A stretch of 56,154 nucleotides of DNA from a virus. The notes beneath the pieces were generated by a model, which was given only the letters and a program-made list of their open reading frames with translations, had not been told where the DNA came from and did no database searches. Shown piece after piece: positions 6,972 through 15,252 of this stretch; within the stretch, counting starts at the first letter, position 1, and each line of letters starts with the position of its first letter. A program made the translations under genes and the position numbers. The DNA is taken from IMG/VR virus record IMGVR_UViG_3300045988_060580, one strand, 5' to 3'.

Positions 6972-7166
6972 ATGCAGGAATTAAAGACAAGCGAAAGCCA
7001 ACGAAAAGCCGTATATAAATATGATGATAAGTTTGAGCGTGTTAATTGCAGATTTGCAAAAGGCACAAAGGAGCGCATAGAAAAGCTTGGATACAAGAGC
7101 ACAAACGACTTTATTAAACTTGCAGTAGCGGAAAAGCTGGAGCATGACGAAAAAATCTTAAAATAA
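6972..7166 (+). CDS. Ribbon-helix-helix (CopG/Arc-like) transcriptional regulator
   Basis: The pattern ERVNCRFAKGTKERIEKLG...NDFIKLAVAEKL is typical of RHH proteins. It is flanked by repeated operators. Confidence 0.6.
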   Translation: MQELKTSESQRKAVYKYDDKFERVNCRFAKGTKERIEKLGYKSTNDFIKLAVAEKLEHDEKILK

Positions 7167-7180
7167 GGCACAAAAAACTA

Positions 7181-7219
7181 TTGACATATAAGGCACAAAA
7201 TGATATTATAATTGTACAA
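7181..7219 (+). promoter_or_regulatory. Promoter/operator cassette 2 plus a TTGTACAA palindrome
   Basis: Duplicate of cassette 1. TAAGGCACA at 7164 and 7189, TTGTACAA at 7212. Confidence 0.65.
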
Positions 7220-7258
7220 ATTAAGAAAGGGCAGCCGAAAGGCTGAAAGGTGGAAAGG

Positions 7259-7453
7259 ATGAAAACAATCGAATTATTAAACAAGGTTGTTGAGCTTGGA
7301 TTTAGCAGAGAAAAGGCACTTGCAGACATAGATGCAAGCCTTGACGAAATGATTGGAGCAGAGAACAGAAAGCCAATCGCAGAGGAAGAAATAAGCGAAG
7401 ATCTGGCGAATGATATTTTATTCGGCTTTAAATGTGAAAAAGAAAGCAATTAA
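7259..7453 (+). CDS. Acidic hypothetical protein
   Basis: RBS aaaggtggaaagg. The 5' UTR has a GAAA-tetraloop hairpin (cagcc gaaa ggctg). Confidence 0.55.
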   Translation: MKTIELLNKVVELGFSREKALADIDASLDEMIGAENRKPIAEEEISEDLANDILFGFKCEKESN

Positions 7454-7475
7454 GAAAGGTTAAAAGGTGGACGAT

Positions 7476-7739
7476 ATGAAAGCATATTACACGAGCATAT
7501 ACAACGAGGGGATGATTGGTAAAGTATTAAGACATAACACAGAAGAAGAAGCTGAAAAATATCTTGATGAAGAGTGGGACAGGCTCACAGAAAGAGAACA
7601 GAAAGGATTTAAGCCAGGAACGGCGGACAGCTTCAAGGCGTTTGAAATCGAAGCAACAGAAGAACAGCTTGAACAGATAGAATCTGGAGACATTGCCCCA
7701 GAAGAGCTTGAAATAAGAGTTATTAAGAACATGTTATAA
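7476..7739 (+). CDS. Acidic hypothetical protein
   Basis: RBS aaaaggtgg 6 nt before the ATG. Confidence 0.55.
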   Translation: MKAYYTSIYNEGMIGKVLRHNTEEEAEKYLDEEWDRLTEREQKGFKPGTADSFKAFEIEATEEQLEQIESGDIAPEELEIRVIKNML

Positions 7740-7744
7740 TTATA

Positions 7745-7778
7745 AAGCGATGTATAACAGATATACATCGCTTTTTTA
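7745..7778 (+). terminator. Rho-independent terminator
   Basis: 12-bp stem aagcgatgtata/tatacatcgctt followed by a T run. Confidence 0.8.
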
Positions 7779-7939
7779 ACGCCTATTGATTAATTATATT
7801 TATTGTGTTATTATATTGCTAATAATTAAATATATAAGATTTACACCCGATAATATTAATATTGTTATCGGGTTATTTTTATGTTATTAATATATAAAAT
7901 AATAATTAGCTGGATAAGTTCCAGCAGAAAGGGGAATAT

Positions 7940-8626
7940 ATGGAGAAAGTACAGGAAGCACCAGACACGCCCGAGATATTCCAGAATGACATAGAATTAT
8001 ATCTGACAAAATTTTGCGAAGAACACAATATCGAAGATATGACCAAAGAACCACAAAGCCGATGGAACGCCGCCCTAATGTATATAAATAAATATGTTTT
8101 TAGTGATAAAAGCATATTAAAGTTAAATAAGAATATTAATAAAAATAATACTAACTGCATAATGGACAGTAATTTTTATATGTATGATTTAGATAAATTA
8201 GAGTATATATTATATATATATTATTATTTATGTTCTGTATATGATAAAGAATGTAGTATAATGGGATATAGTTTATTGACAGGTATTAATTACGATACGT
8301 TAATGGACTGGGGAGCAGATGAGAGAAAACTAAGTACAAAAGGCTTCGACATCGTGCAAAAACTGCGCATTTTTCGCGAAGAAAGTCTATCAAACAAGCT
8401 CGCAACCGGCAACAAAAACCCTGTCGGCATCCTCGCAATACTCAACAGACATTATGCGTGGAATCTTCCCGGTGTCAGTAGAGAAAGCACCACAAGAACC
8501 ATTAAGACAGCCGCAGATCTTCCGCAGCTTGGCACATCTGGCAACGCTCAAGGCTCTAATGTTCGTCAAACTGCACAACAAGAAATCATTGTGCAAGATG
8601 TACAAGAAAACCCACAAAGCCAGTAA
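7940..8626 (+). CDS. Terminase small-subunit-like protein
   Basis: The C-terminal motif KNPVGILAILNRHYAWN resembles terS families. Repeats of its 3' end lie downstream. Confidence 0.4.
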   Translation: MEKVQEAPDTPEIFQNDIELYLTKFCEEHNIEDMTKEPQSRWNAALMYINKYVFSDKSILKLNKNINKNNTNCIMDSNFYMYDLDKLEYILYIYYYLCSVYDKECSIMGYSLLTGINYDTLMDWGADERKLSTKGFDIVQKLRIFREESLSNKLATGNKNPVGILAILNRHYAWNLPGVSRESTTRTIKTAADLPQLGTSGNAQGSNVRQTAQQEIIVQDVQENPQSQ

Positions 8627-9168
8627 ACAAGCGGATTCTAGCCGTTTGGCTCATGATAACAGCATTTCGCTAAATTAGACTTTAGCGAAGTGATAAAACA
8701 GAACATTTGAACGATAAAAGCACAGCAAAGCCAGTAAACAAGCGAATTGATGGCGATTGTATGATAATTATTCATTGTGCAGTCGCTCTGCTTTGGCTGA
8801 TTTCGTTGTGCATGATGTACAAACGCAGGGCGTGGGGGTTATATATCCACGCATTGCGAGCCTAACTAAGTCACTCAAATATTCTCAAAGATAAAAAGGC
8901 TTATTATATATATTTATATATACATAACCAACCAATAATAATTTATTAAACTATATACAATAACCATTATATTTATTAATATATAGTCCTGATAATAACC
9001 CATATAATATAATCAATAAATCTACTGTACAAATCTGATAGATAGGTGTATAATAGACACATCTTAATTATTCACAAGATATTCAATAAATACACACATC
9101 AAAACGGCTAATTCAGCCGAGTAAATTCCAAAAAATTTTAAAAAATAAAAAAGAGTTAGGAGTTAGAA

Positions 9169-9588
9169 ATGCAGGGAGCAGAGTATCAGGCTTTAGCTAT
9201 GCGGACAAATGATTGCAAAGCAACAGACAGAATGCTTGAAAATATGTTAACGTGCGATATGAAATATCTTCTACAGCAAAATTTGATTGCAGAAGACGAA
9301 CAACATCTTGATTTTGGTGGCATCTTCAATGCTTGTCTTGGTTTATCCGGCGAGGTTGGAGAACTTAACGACATGCTTAAGAAATGGATTTTCCATGAAA
9401 AGCAGTTAGATGCCGAACATTTAAAGCGTGAAATCAGCGATGTATGTTGGTACTTAGCTTTGATGTGCGATTCTTTTGAGTTCAGCCTTGATGAAATCAT
9501 GCAGATTAACATTGATAAGCTGAAAGCGAGATACCCAGAGGGATTTGATACTTACAGAGCTAATCATAGACAGGCAGGTGATGTCTAA
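9169..9588 (+). CDS. mazG: MazG-like nucleotide pyrophosphohydrolase
   Basis: Motifs EVGELNDMLKK...ISDVCWYLA. Confidence 0.7.
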   Translation: MQGAEYQALAMRTNDCKATDRMLENMLTCDMKYLLQQNLIAEDEQHLDFGGIFNACLGLSGEVGELNDMLKKWIFHEKQLDAEHLKREISDVCWYLALMCDSFEFSLDEIMQINIDKLKARYPEGFDTYRANHRQAGDV

Positions 9589-9956
9589 TGAAATCAAGAA
9601 ATATAATAAATATGTGCCTTAATTGTGAAAATAGGCTGAAACTATTCAATCAGCGACCATGTAATGATTGCGTTGTAAGTGGTGGGGAAAATAACAATTT
9701 TATCCCACTTAAAGATGTTGCACCTAGCGTCAATGAAAAGCCAGTAAAAGACAATGTTAATCATCCAAGCCATTATGAGACTGGTAGCTTTGAATGTATA
9801 GATGTTATGTTGGAAACACAGGGCAAGGAAGCCGTTAAGAACTTTTGCTTATGTAATGCCTTTAAGTACATTTACAGACATAATAACAAGAATGGCTTAG
9901 AGGATATTCAAAAAGCCAAGTGGTACATTGACAAATACATAGAATTGTCAGAATAG
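9588..9956 (+). CDS. DUF3310-like phage protein
   Basis: Motifs NHPSHY...IDV....NAFKYIYR....EDIQKAKWYI. Confidence 0.6.
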   Translation: MKSRNIINMCLNCENRLKLFNQRPCNDCVVSGGENNNFIPLKDVAPSVNEKPVKDNVNHPSHYETGSFECIDVMLETQGKEAVKNFCLCNAFKYIYRHNNKNGLEDIQKAKWYIDKYIELSE

Positions 9957-10041
9957 CCGTGTCGGTCAATGAAAGTATAATGGCTACAAAGGATAGTACA
10001 CTGCGGTTTGTGGCGAATATATACCGAGAATAGCCACTTAA

Positions 10042-10113
10042 TGCACCATAGCCAAGCGGTAAGGCACAGAGCTTTGATCTCTGTATGCGTCGGTTCGAAT
10101 CCGACTGGTGTAG
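10042..10113 (+). tRNA. tRNA-Gln(UUG): tRNA-Gln (anticodon UUG)
   Basis: Manual cloverleaf: acceptor tgcacca/tggtgta with U1-A72, anticodon arm cagag-cTTTGat-ctctg, T-arm gtcgg-ttcgaat-ccgac. Confidence 0.8.
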
Positions 10114-10326
10114 TTTGTCTTACTTTTATCGTAGACTACCATGTTTTGCATTTTAAGGTAGTCCTCCTTTCATGTACTTTCTTGGAAATTCAGTTAAGAG
10201 TGGTGCAAGACCACTCGGAAAGGCTTACCTCATACAGAGGTGTGAAAATCAACTTATCAAGGTTCTTCTCAATATCCCCCAAAATATTATTGCATTTTCC
10301 CTTGATAACCGTTACAGGCGGTATTT
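10114..10326 (+). ncRNA. Structured non-coding spacer between tRNAs (unknown class)
   Basis: Hairpins at 10134..10163 and 10198..10216 (7-bp stem, GCAAG loop), 10226..10243, and a 9-bp helix ttatcaagg/ccttgataa (10253..10308) enclosing another hairpin. Confidence 0.35.
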
Positions 10327-10409
10327 GCCGATATGGGATAAAGGTATTCCAATAGCTTGCTAAGCTATCCAACAGAAATGTTGTTCGTGTTCGATTCACG
10401 ATGTCGGCG
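10327..10409 (+). tRNA. tRNA-Ser(GCU): tRNA-Ser (anticodon GCU), class II
   Basis: Acceptor gccgata/tgtcggc, anticodon arm atagc-ttGCTaa-gctat, variable arm caaca-gaaa-tgttg, T-arm tcgtg-ttcgatt-cacga. Confidence 0.8.
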
Positions 10410-10485
10410 CTTTGAAAGCACTTCTTAGGTCTGCGTGCGTAATGCTGTTTGCGGGCTTATCCTAGGTTAAGAGGTGTGAGTAAGT

Positions 10486-10598
10486 TGCTATGTGCTGAAA
10501 TAGGTAGCCAGTATTGCAGTAGATTTATGAGTTGAAATCTGCAACTTAGATAACTCGTCTTAAGTGTCATGTGGAGGTGCAAATCCTCACCATAGCAA
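10486..10598 (+). ncRNA. Aberrant class-II tRNA-like element (113 nt)
   Basis: It has a perfect 7-bp acceptor tgctatg/catagca, a Leu-like D-arm ctg-aaataggtagc-cag, a long variable hairpin and the T-arm gagg-tgcaaat-cctc. The anticodon arm is replaced by an 8-bp stem with an 8-nt loop (atgagttg). Confidence 0.4.
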
Positions 10599-10603
10599 TA
10601 AAA

Positions 10604-10675
10604 CGGATAGTAGTTCAGTTGGGAGTAACGCTTGATTTATTCAAGTAGTCACAGGTTCAAGTCCTGTCTATCCGA
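10604..10675 (+). tRNA. tRNA-Lys-like gene with abnormal anticodon loop (7-nt register gives anticodon UUA; alternative 5-nt loop UUUAU)
   Basis: Acceptor cggatag/ctatccg, D-arm tagttcagttgggag, T-arm acagg-ttcaagt-cctgt, anticodon region cttga-tttat-tcaag. Confidence 0.55.
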
Positions 10676-10798
10676 TTACAACAAACTAGCTTGACGAAGC
10701 GAAAAGCACTTCCGCTGTGCCTGTTTGTTGTTTTTATTGATCAAGCGGAGTGTGTATCACAGGCATACATAAATAATATCAAGCGGAGGTATTCGATT

Positions 10799-11755
10799 AT
10801 GGCAACAATTAGAGTGCATAAAACAAAAAATTACACAGTTATGAGTAATACTCATTTAAGGGATAAGAATTTAAGTTTGAAAGCAAAAGGATTATTGTCC
10901 GTAATGCTTTCATTGCCCGATAATTGGGATTATTCAATAGCTGGGTTAGTTGCAATAAGTAAAGAGAATGAAACAGCTGTTAAATCGGCTTTAAATGAGT
11001 TAAGGGATAATAATTATGTTGTGGTTACTAAAGAAAACCCAACAAAAAGCAATGGTGGAAGAATAAAGTACACCTATGAGGTTTACGAAGAACCATATAA
11101 ACAGAAAATAGAAAAACAAGATACAGAAAATCTAGGGGTTGAACACCAACAGGTAGAAAACCACGGACAATTAAATACTAATGAATTAAGTACTGATGAA
11201 TTAAATATTAATATACAAAATACTAATGAATTAAATACTAAAAGTAATTCTCTTAACAGAGAACAATGCAATTCTTTTTTACCCAAAGATAAAAAAGTGA
11301 AAGAGTTTAAGCCGATAAGCGATTATTCTCAAAGTGATTGGGAAGTTGCCGAAGAAAGAATGATAAGTAGAGCTGGTAAGATAGCTTATGATTGGACTAA
11401 TGATAAAACACTCAAAGAAAATGTAGAAGCATTCTTTAAATACTTTTTAAATAAACACGGAGAATGTACAGGAGAATATCACTACCCATTAACAGATAAG
11501 GTTTTATCAAGAGTAGTAGATAATTTAACAAAAGAAACCGACATAGAGCGTGACGGATATACAGATACCTATTATGCGGCTATAAGTGATATGGACGATA
11601 ATACAGACTACAAGATGTTGGTTGATGAATATTTCAATACAAAGTTTTCAGCACAATGTGATTACAGCTTAGTTCACTTTTCTTCTGAAAAGGTTTTAAT
11701 TAACATTATGAATCACGCTTGTAAGAGCAGTTGGTGTGAAAGTAAGGAATTGTAG
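10799..11755 (+). CDS. Winged-helix replication-initiator/DnaD-like protein with a low-complexity centre
   Basis: RBS ggaggt. The N-terminus (KNYTVMSNTHLRDKNLSLKAKGLLSVMLSLPDNWDYS) is typical of phage/plasmid wHTH initiators. Confidence 0.5.
   Translation: MATIRVHKTKNYTVMSNTHLRDKNLSLKAKGLLSVMLSLPDNWDYSIAGLVAISKENETAVKSALNELRDNNYVVVTKENPTKSNGGRIKYTYEVYEEPYKQKIEKQDTENLGVEHQQVENHGQLNTNELSTDELNINIQNTNELNTKSNSLNREQCNSFLPKDKKVKEFKPISDYSQSDWEVAEERMISRAGKIAYDWTNDKTLKENVEAFFKYFLNKHGECTGEYHYPLTDKVLSRVVDNLTKETDIERDGYTDTYYAAISDMDDNTDYKMLVDEYFNTKFSAQCDYSLVHFSSEKVLINIMNHACKSSWCESKEL
11175..11234 (+). repeat. Three 15-bp iteron-like repeats (RTACTRATGAATTAA) inside the initiator-like gene
   Basis: Copies at 11175, 11190 and 11220. 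Confidence 0.5.
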
Positions 11756-11767
11756 GAGGTATTCATT

Positions 11768-12262
11768 ATGAGTTCATACAAAGATTTACAGACCAAGATT
11801 TTTAAAAGAGATAATTATACTTGCAGATATTGCGGAAAGAGTAACAGAGAATACAGGGCGTTGGTAATGTCACATATAAGAACAGCTTCAATGTGCGGCG
11901 ATGATAGAGAGAGCAATTTAATTACATTGTGCAGACATTGTTACAATCACATTTCTAACAATGAGATTAGGGCAAAGTTTGAAACAAAAGAAAATGCTGA
12001 TTATTTTTGGGGATTATACCACGAAAAAGTCAAAGGATATTGTTATTATACAAACTACATCAAAAAGGTATTTACTGAAAATGGTGTGCTTATGACAAGA
12101 CCGCAGATTGATAAATATGTCAGTATATTTGTTAAAAATGATGATGATTTTAACGCTTTCAAAGCAGAACTTCAAAATACAGGTTATAAGAATATGCCAT
12201 CTAAAATGCGTAGTGATGTAAGAAAATATAATCATCAAGTTGAAAATCAAAGTAAGGAGTGA
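11768..12262 (+). CDS. HNH endonuclease (packaging-associated type)
   Basis: Motifs CRYCG...SHI....NLITLCRHCYNH. Confidence 0.7.
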   Translation: MSSYKDLQTKIFKRDNYTCRYCGKSNREYRALVMSHIRTASMCGDDRESNLITLCRHCYNHISNNEIRAKFETKENADYFWGLYHEKVKGYCYYTNYIKKVFTENGVLMTRPQIDKYVSIFVKNDDDFNAFKAELQNTGYKNMPSKMRSDVRKYNHQVENQSKE

Positions 12263-12267
12263 TTATT

Positions 12268-12462
12268 ATGGCAGCAGGTGTACATCCACTAAATAAAGAT
12301 AAATTCTATGAAGCAATTAACCTGTACATATCGGGGCAGGTTTCACAGGTAAAGGCGGCAAAAGTAGCAGGTTGCAGCGTGCCGACATTTAAGAAATATG
12401 CTAACAAGATTTATGGCGGCGAGGAATTACCAGATAATTTATGGGGGAAGAATGATGATTAA
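12268..12462 (+). CDS. Small HTH protein (possible terminase small subunit/DNA-recognition component)
   Basis: RBS aaggag. HTH-like segment VKAAKVAGCSVPTFKKY. Confidence 0.4.
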   Translation: MAAGVHPLNKDKFYEAINLYISGQVSQVKAAKVAGCSVPTFKKYANKIYGGEELPDNLWGKNDD

Positions 12463-12691
12463 GAGAATTGTTAATCGTTGGATAAGACACAAGACAAAGA
12501 ATTTAACAAGAATACCATTGTTTACAATGACATTTAACTATCGTAAATATAAAGCAGATGGCAAGAAAGATAGCTGCACAATGCATTGCCACCCAGATAT
12601 TGCCAATGATGAATTTGTAAAGGGCAAATTACAGGAAGTTGTTGACTATATCAGAGATAACTATGATTTGGATATATTTACGAAGATTTGA
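12452..12691 (+). CDS. Hypothetical protein
   Basis: ORF with RBS tgggggaag. Confidence 0.45.
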   Translation: MMIKRIVNRWIRHKTKNLTRIPLFTMTFNYRKYKADGKKDSCTMHCHPDIANDEFVKGKLQEVVDYIRDNYDLDIFTKI

Positions 12692-12699
12692 GGTGCGGT

Positions 12700-12957
12700 A
12701 TGAAAGATTGCTCGATTTGCAAATATTGTGATGAAGATTTTGCCTTTGATGAGGAAATAGGAGAAGAATATCCGGTTTATAATTGCCAAAAAGGGAATGA
12801 CACATCACTTGACTGCGAGTGCAAGGATTTTAAGAAATACAAGCCAAGAAAATATAGAGAAAAAGATACAGAGTGCGATAAATGCGAATATCTTAAGACT
12901 TGCCGTGACAAGGGTAATGTTATTGATTGTAAGACAATCTCTGATGAATTAAAATAA
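12700..12957 (+). CDS. Cys-rich hypothetical protein
   Basis: ORF with RBS gaggtg and multiple CxxC motifs. Confidence 0.5.
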   Translation: MKDCSICKYCDEDFAFDEEIGEEYPVYNCQKGNDTSLDCECKDFKKYKPRKYREKDTECDKCEYLKTCRDKGNVIDCKTISDELK

Positions 12958-12990
12958 ATAATTGCTGATTATCAGCGGAAAGGAATTATT

Positions 12991-13371
12991 ATGAAAAAAT
13001 TATTTGTAAGCGTGCCGATGAAAGGCAGAACAGAGGAAGAAATTAAAGCAAGTATTCAGAAGATGAAAAAGATTGCTGAAATATACGAGGGCGAAGAGTT
13101 AGAGCTTATCGACAGCTACATTGAGGATAACCCACCTAAAGACAGCAAAGAAGCTGTATGGTATTTAGGTGAAAGCCTTAAGAAGCTGGCACAGGCTGAT
13201 GTGTTCATAGGAATTGCGGAGAACTATGATTGGAGTGGCTGCTGCATTGAAAGGGAAACAGCAGAAAGATATGGCATTAAAGCATATATGATTCCAGCAA
13301 GATATGTAATTGATGATTATAATGCACTTGTGCAGAAATTACATCCGGCTGTCCGTGACGTATTATTCTAA
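12991..13371 (+). CDS. Nucleoside 2-deoxyribosyltransferase-like (DUF4406-like) protein
   Basis: The pattern VSVPMKG....ADVFIGI..W..S.GC.IE...A...GI recalls this fold. Confidence 0.4.
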   Translation: MKKLFVSVPMKGRTEEEIKASIQKMKKIAEIYEGEELELIDSYIEDNPPKDSKEAVWYLGESLKKLAQADVFIGIAENYDWSGCCIERETAERYGIKAYMIPARYVIDDYNALVQKLHPAVRDVLF

Positions 13372-13472
13372 CAAAATTTTACCGGCTAACAAATAGAGTT
13401 AGCCGCTGCCCTAAAACAGTTATAGGCAGAGGTCTATAAGCACCTTTGCTGAAAAGTGGAGGTGCTTTTCTT

Positions 13473-15239
13473 ATGGCTAGTCAGAGCCTTATTTCTACAA
13501 TCAATGGATATGAAAACTACATAGAGAAAAACGGAATAGATGAAAGCGTTATGGACGCATACATAGAAGCGTCAGAAGTGGCAATTAAGACCGAAAAAGA
13601 TATTCCGTATGGATTGCAACTAACAAAACGCTGCAAAGAGATTATAGAGCGGTTTTGCGTGGAGCATAGCGGCGTTGGAATATGGGACTTAGAAAAATAT
13701 GCTCAAGACAACGATGAAGAATATCCTTTAATTGACAAATGGTATAAAACTCTTAAAACTGAAAGTTATTATGATTTTGAGAGCTTTATGTTTTATATGG
13801 AACGGAAAAGACATTATAGCAAAAGGTTTTATTTTCCAAGACGACACACCCTTAAAATAGTTGTCAATGATTTGCAAGACCTTGAAAACAGAATAATTAA
13901 ATTTTATGGATTATCAATGCCATCAAGAGTTGGAAAGTCCACAATTTGTATATTCTTCCTTGCGTGGGTATCGTTACGCAGACCTAACAGCCATTCAGCT
14001 ATGGGCGGTCACTCTGGTATATTAGCAAAAGGCTTTTATAAAGAACTTATGAACTTATTTACTACGGAAGAATATACATTTTCTGAATTATTTTATTTTT
14101 GGAATCCAGAATACGCAAATAAACCGCTTGTAACAGATAAAAGTGCTGATGAATTTACAATAACCCTTGGAAATCCAGACAGATTTGCAACAGTTACTTG
14201 CCGTGGTATTGATGGAACTTGGACTGGTGCAGTTGATGTATCAAAAGATGGATATTTGTATGTAGATGACTTGGTAAGAGATAGAGAACATTCATTGTCA
14301 CCTATGCGAATGGAAAATACCTATCAAGAGTATCTAAACAAGATGGTTGACCGAAAAAACGATGGTGCAAGAGAATTGATGGTAGGTACATTATGGAATG
14401 TCCTTGATCCATTGGAACGAATGAGAAAGCAATATGAAAATGACTCTCAATACAGATTTAGAAGAATACCGGCACTTGATGAAAATGATGAAAGTAACTT
14501 TGATTATGAAATAAACGGCTTTTCAACAGCATATTACAGGGATATGAGAGAAAAACTTGACAAGGCTGAATGGATGGCTAAGTTTATGCAAAAACCTTAT
14601 GTTCGTGAGGGATTACTATTCCCAGACAATGAATTGAGATTTTTCAATGGAGACTTTAACCAGGAGCTGGAAAACAAAGAACGAAAAATAATAGCATTGT
14701 GTGACCCGGCTTTTGGCGGAGCTGATAATTTATCAATGCCGGTATGTGCTGATTTTGGCGGAAAGCAGAAATATATTATTGATTGGGTATATAAAAAAGG
14801 CACACAGGCGGTTACAGTTCCATTGGTTGTAGCAGCTATCAAGAAACATTACATAACAGAATTGCACATTGAACAAAATGCTGGTGGGAAGCTAATAACG
14901 GACAGTATAAAAGCTGAAATGAAAAAGCAGAATGTATATTTTTGCAGAATTATTCCATATTACGCAAATACCAAACTGCCTAAAGAGGAAAAAATCAAAG
15001 GATATTCTGACAGAGTAAAAGAAACTTTTATTTTCCTTATGAGTAGGCAGTATCTTGCAATAGATGATAGACCAACTTACATAAGAACACAGATGTATCA
15101 AGATGCTATGGATGAATTTACAATGTATACATCAGAGGGTAAAAATCCACACGATGATGCAAGCGATTCGATAACACAGCTTGCAATAGTAATAGATAAA
15201 AAGGCAACACAAACAGTAATAATGTCAAGTCCGATATAA
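13473..15239 (+). CDS. terL: Terminase large subunit
   Basis: Walker A motif SMPSRVGKST, size and position typical of terL. RBS agtggaggtg. Confidence 0.85.
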   Translation: MASQSLISTINGYENYIEKNGIDESVMDAYIEASEVAIKTEKDIPYGLQLTKRCKEIIERFCVEHSGVGIWDLEKYAQDNDEEYPLIDKWYKTLKTESYYDFESFMFYMERKRHYSKRFYFPRRHTLKIVVNDLQDLENRIIKFYGLSMPSRVGKSTICIFFLAWVSLRRPNSHSAMGGHSGILAKGFYKELMNLFTTEEYTFSELFYFWNPEYANKPLVTDKSADEFTITLGNPDRFATVTCRGIDGTWTGAVDVSKDGYLYVDDLVRDREHSLSPMRMENTYQEYLNKMVDRKNDGARELMVGTLWNVLDPLERMRKQYENDSQYRFRRIPALDENDESNFDYEINGFSTAYYRDMREKLDKAEWMAKFMQKPYVREGLLFPDNELRFFNGDFNQELENKERKIIALCDPAFGGADNLSMPVCADFGGKQKYIIDWVYKKGTQAVTVPLVVAAIKKHYITELHIEQNAGGKLITDSIKAEMKKQNVYFCRIIPYYANTKLPKEEKIKGYSDRVKETFIFLMSRQYLAIDDRPTYIRTQMYQDAMDEFTMYTSEGKNPHDDASDSITQLAIVIDKKATQTVIMSSPI

Positions 15240-15252
15240 GAGGAGGGTTTAT

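Noticed and set aside
10008-10399. Track ORFs 10008..10355(+), 10172..10363(+) and 10190..10399(-)
   Set aside because: They overlap two well-formed tRNA genes and a hairpin-dense spacer, and they have no RBS. I treat them as spurious.
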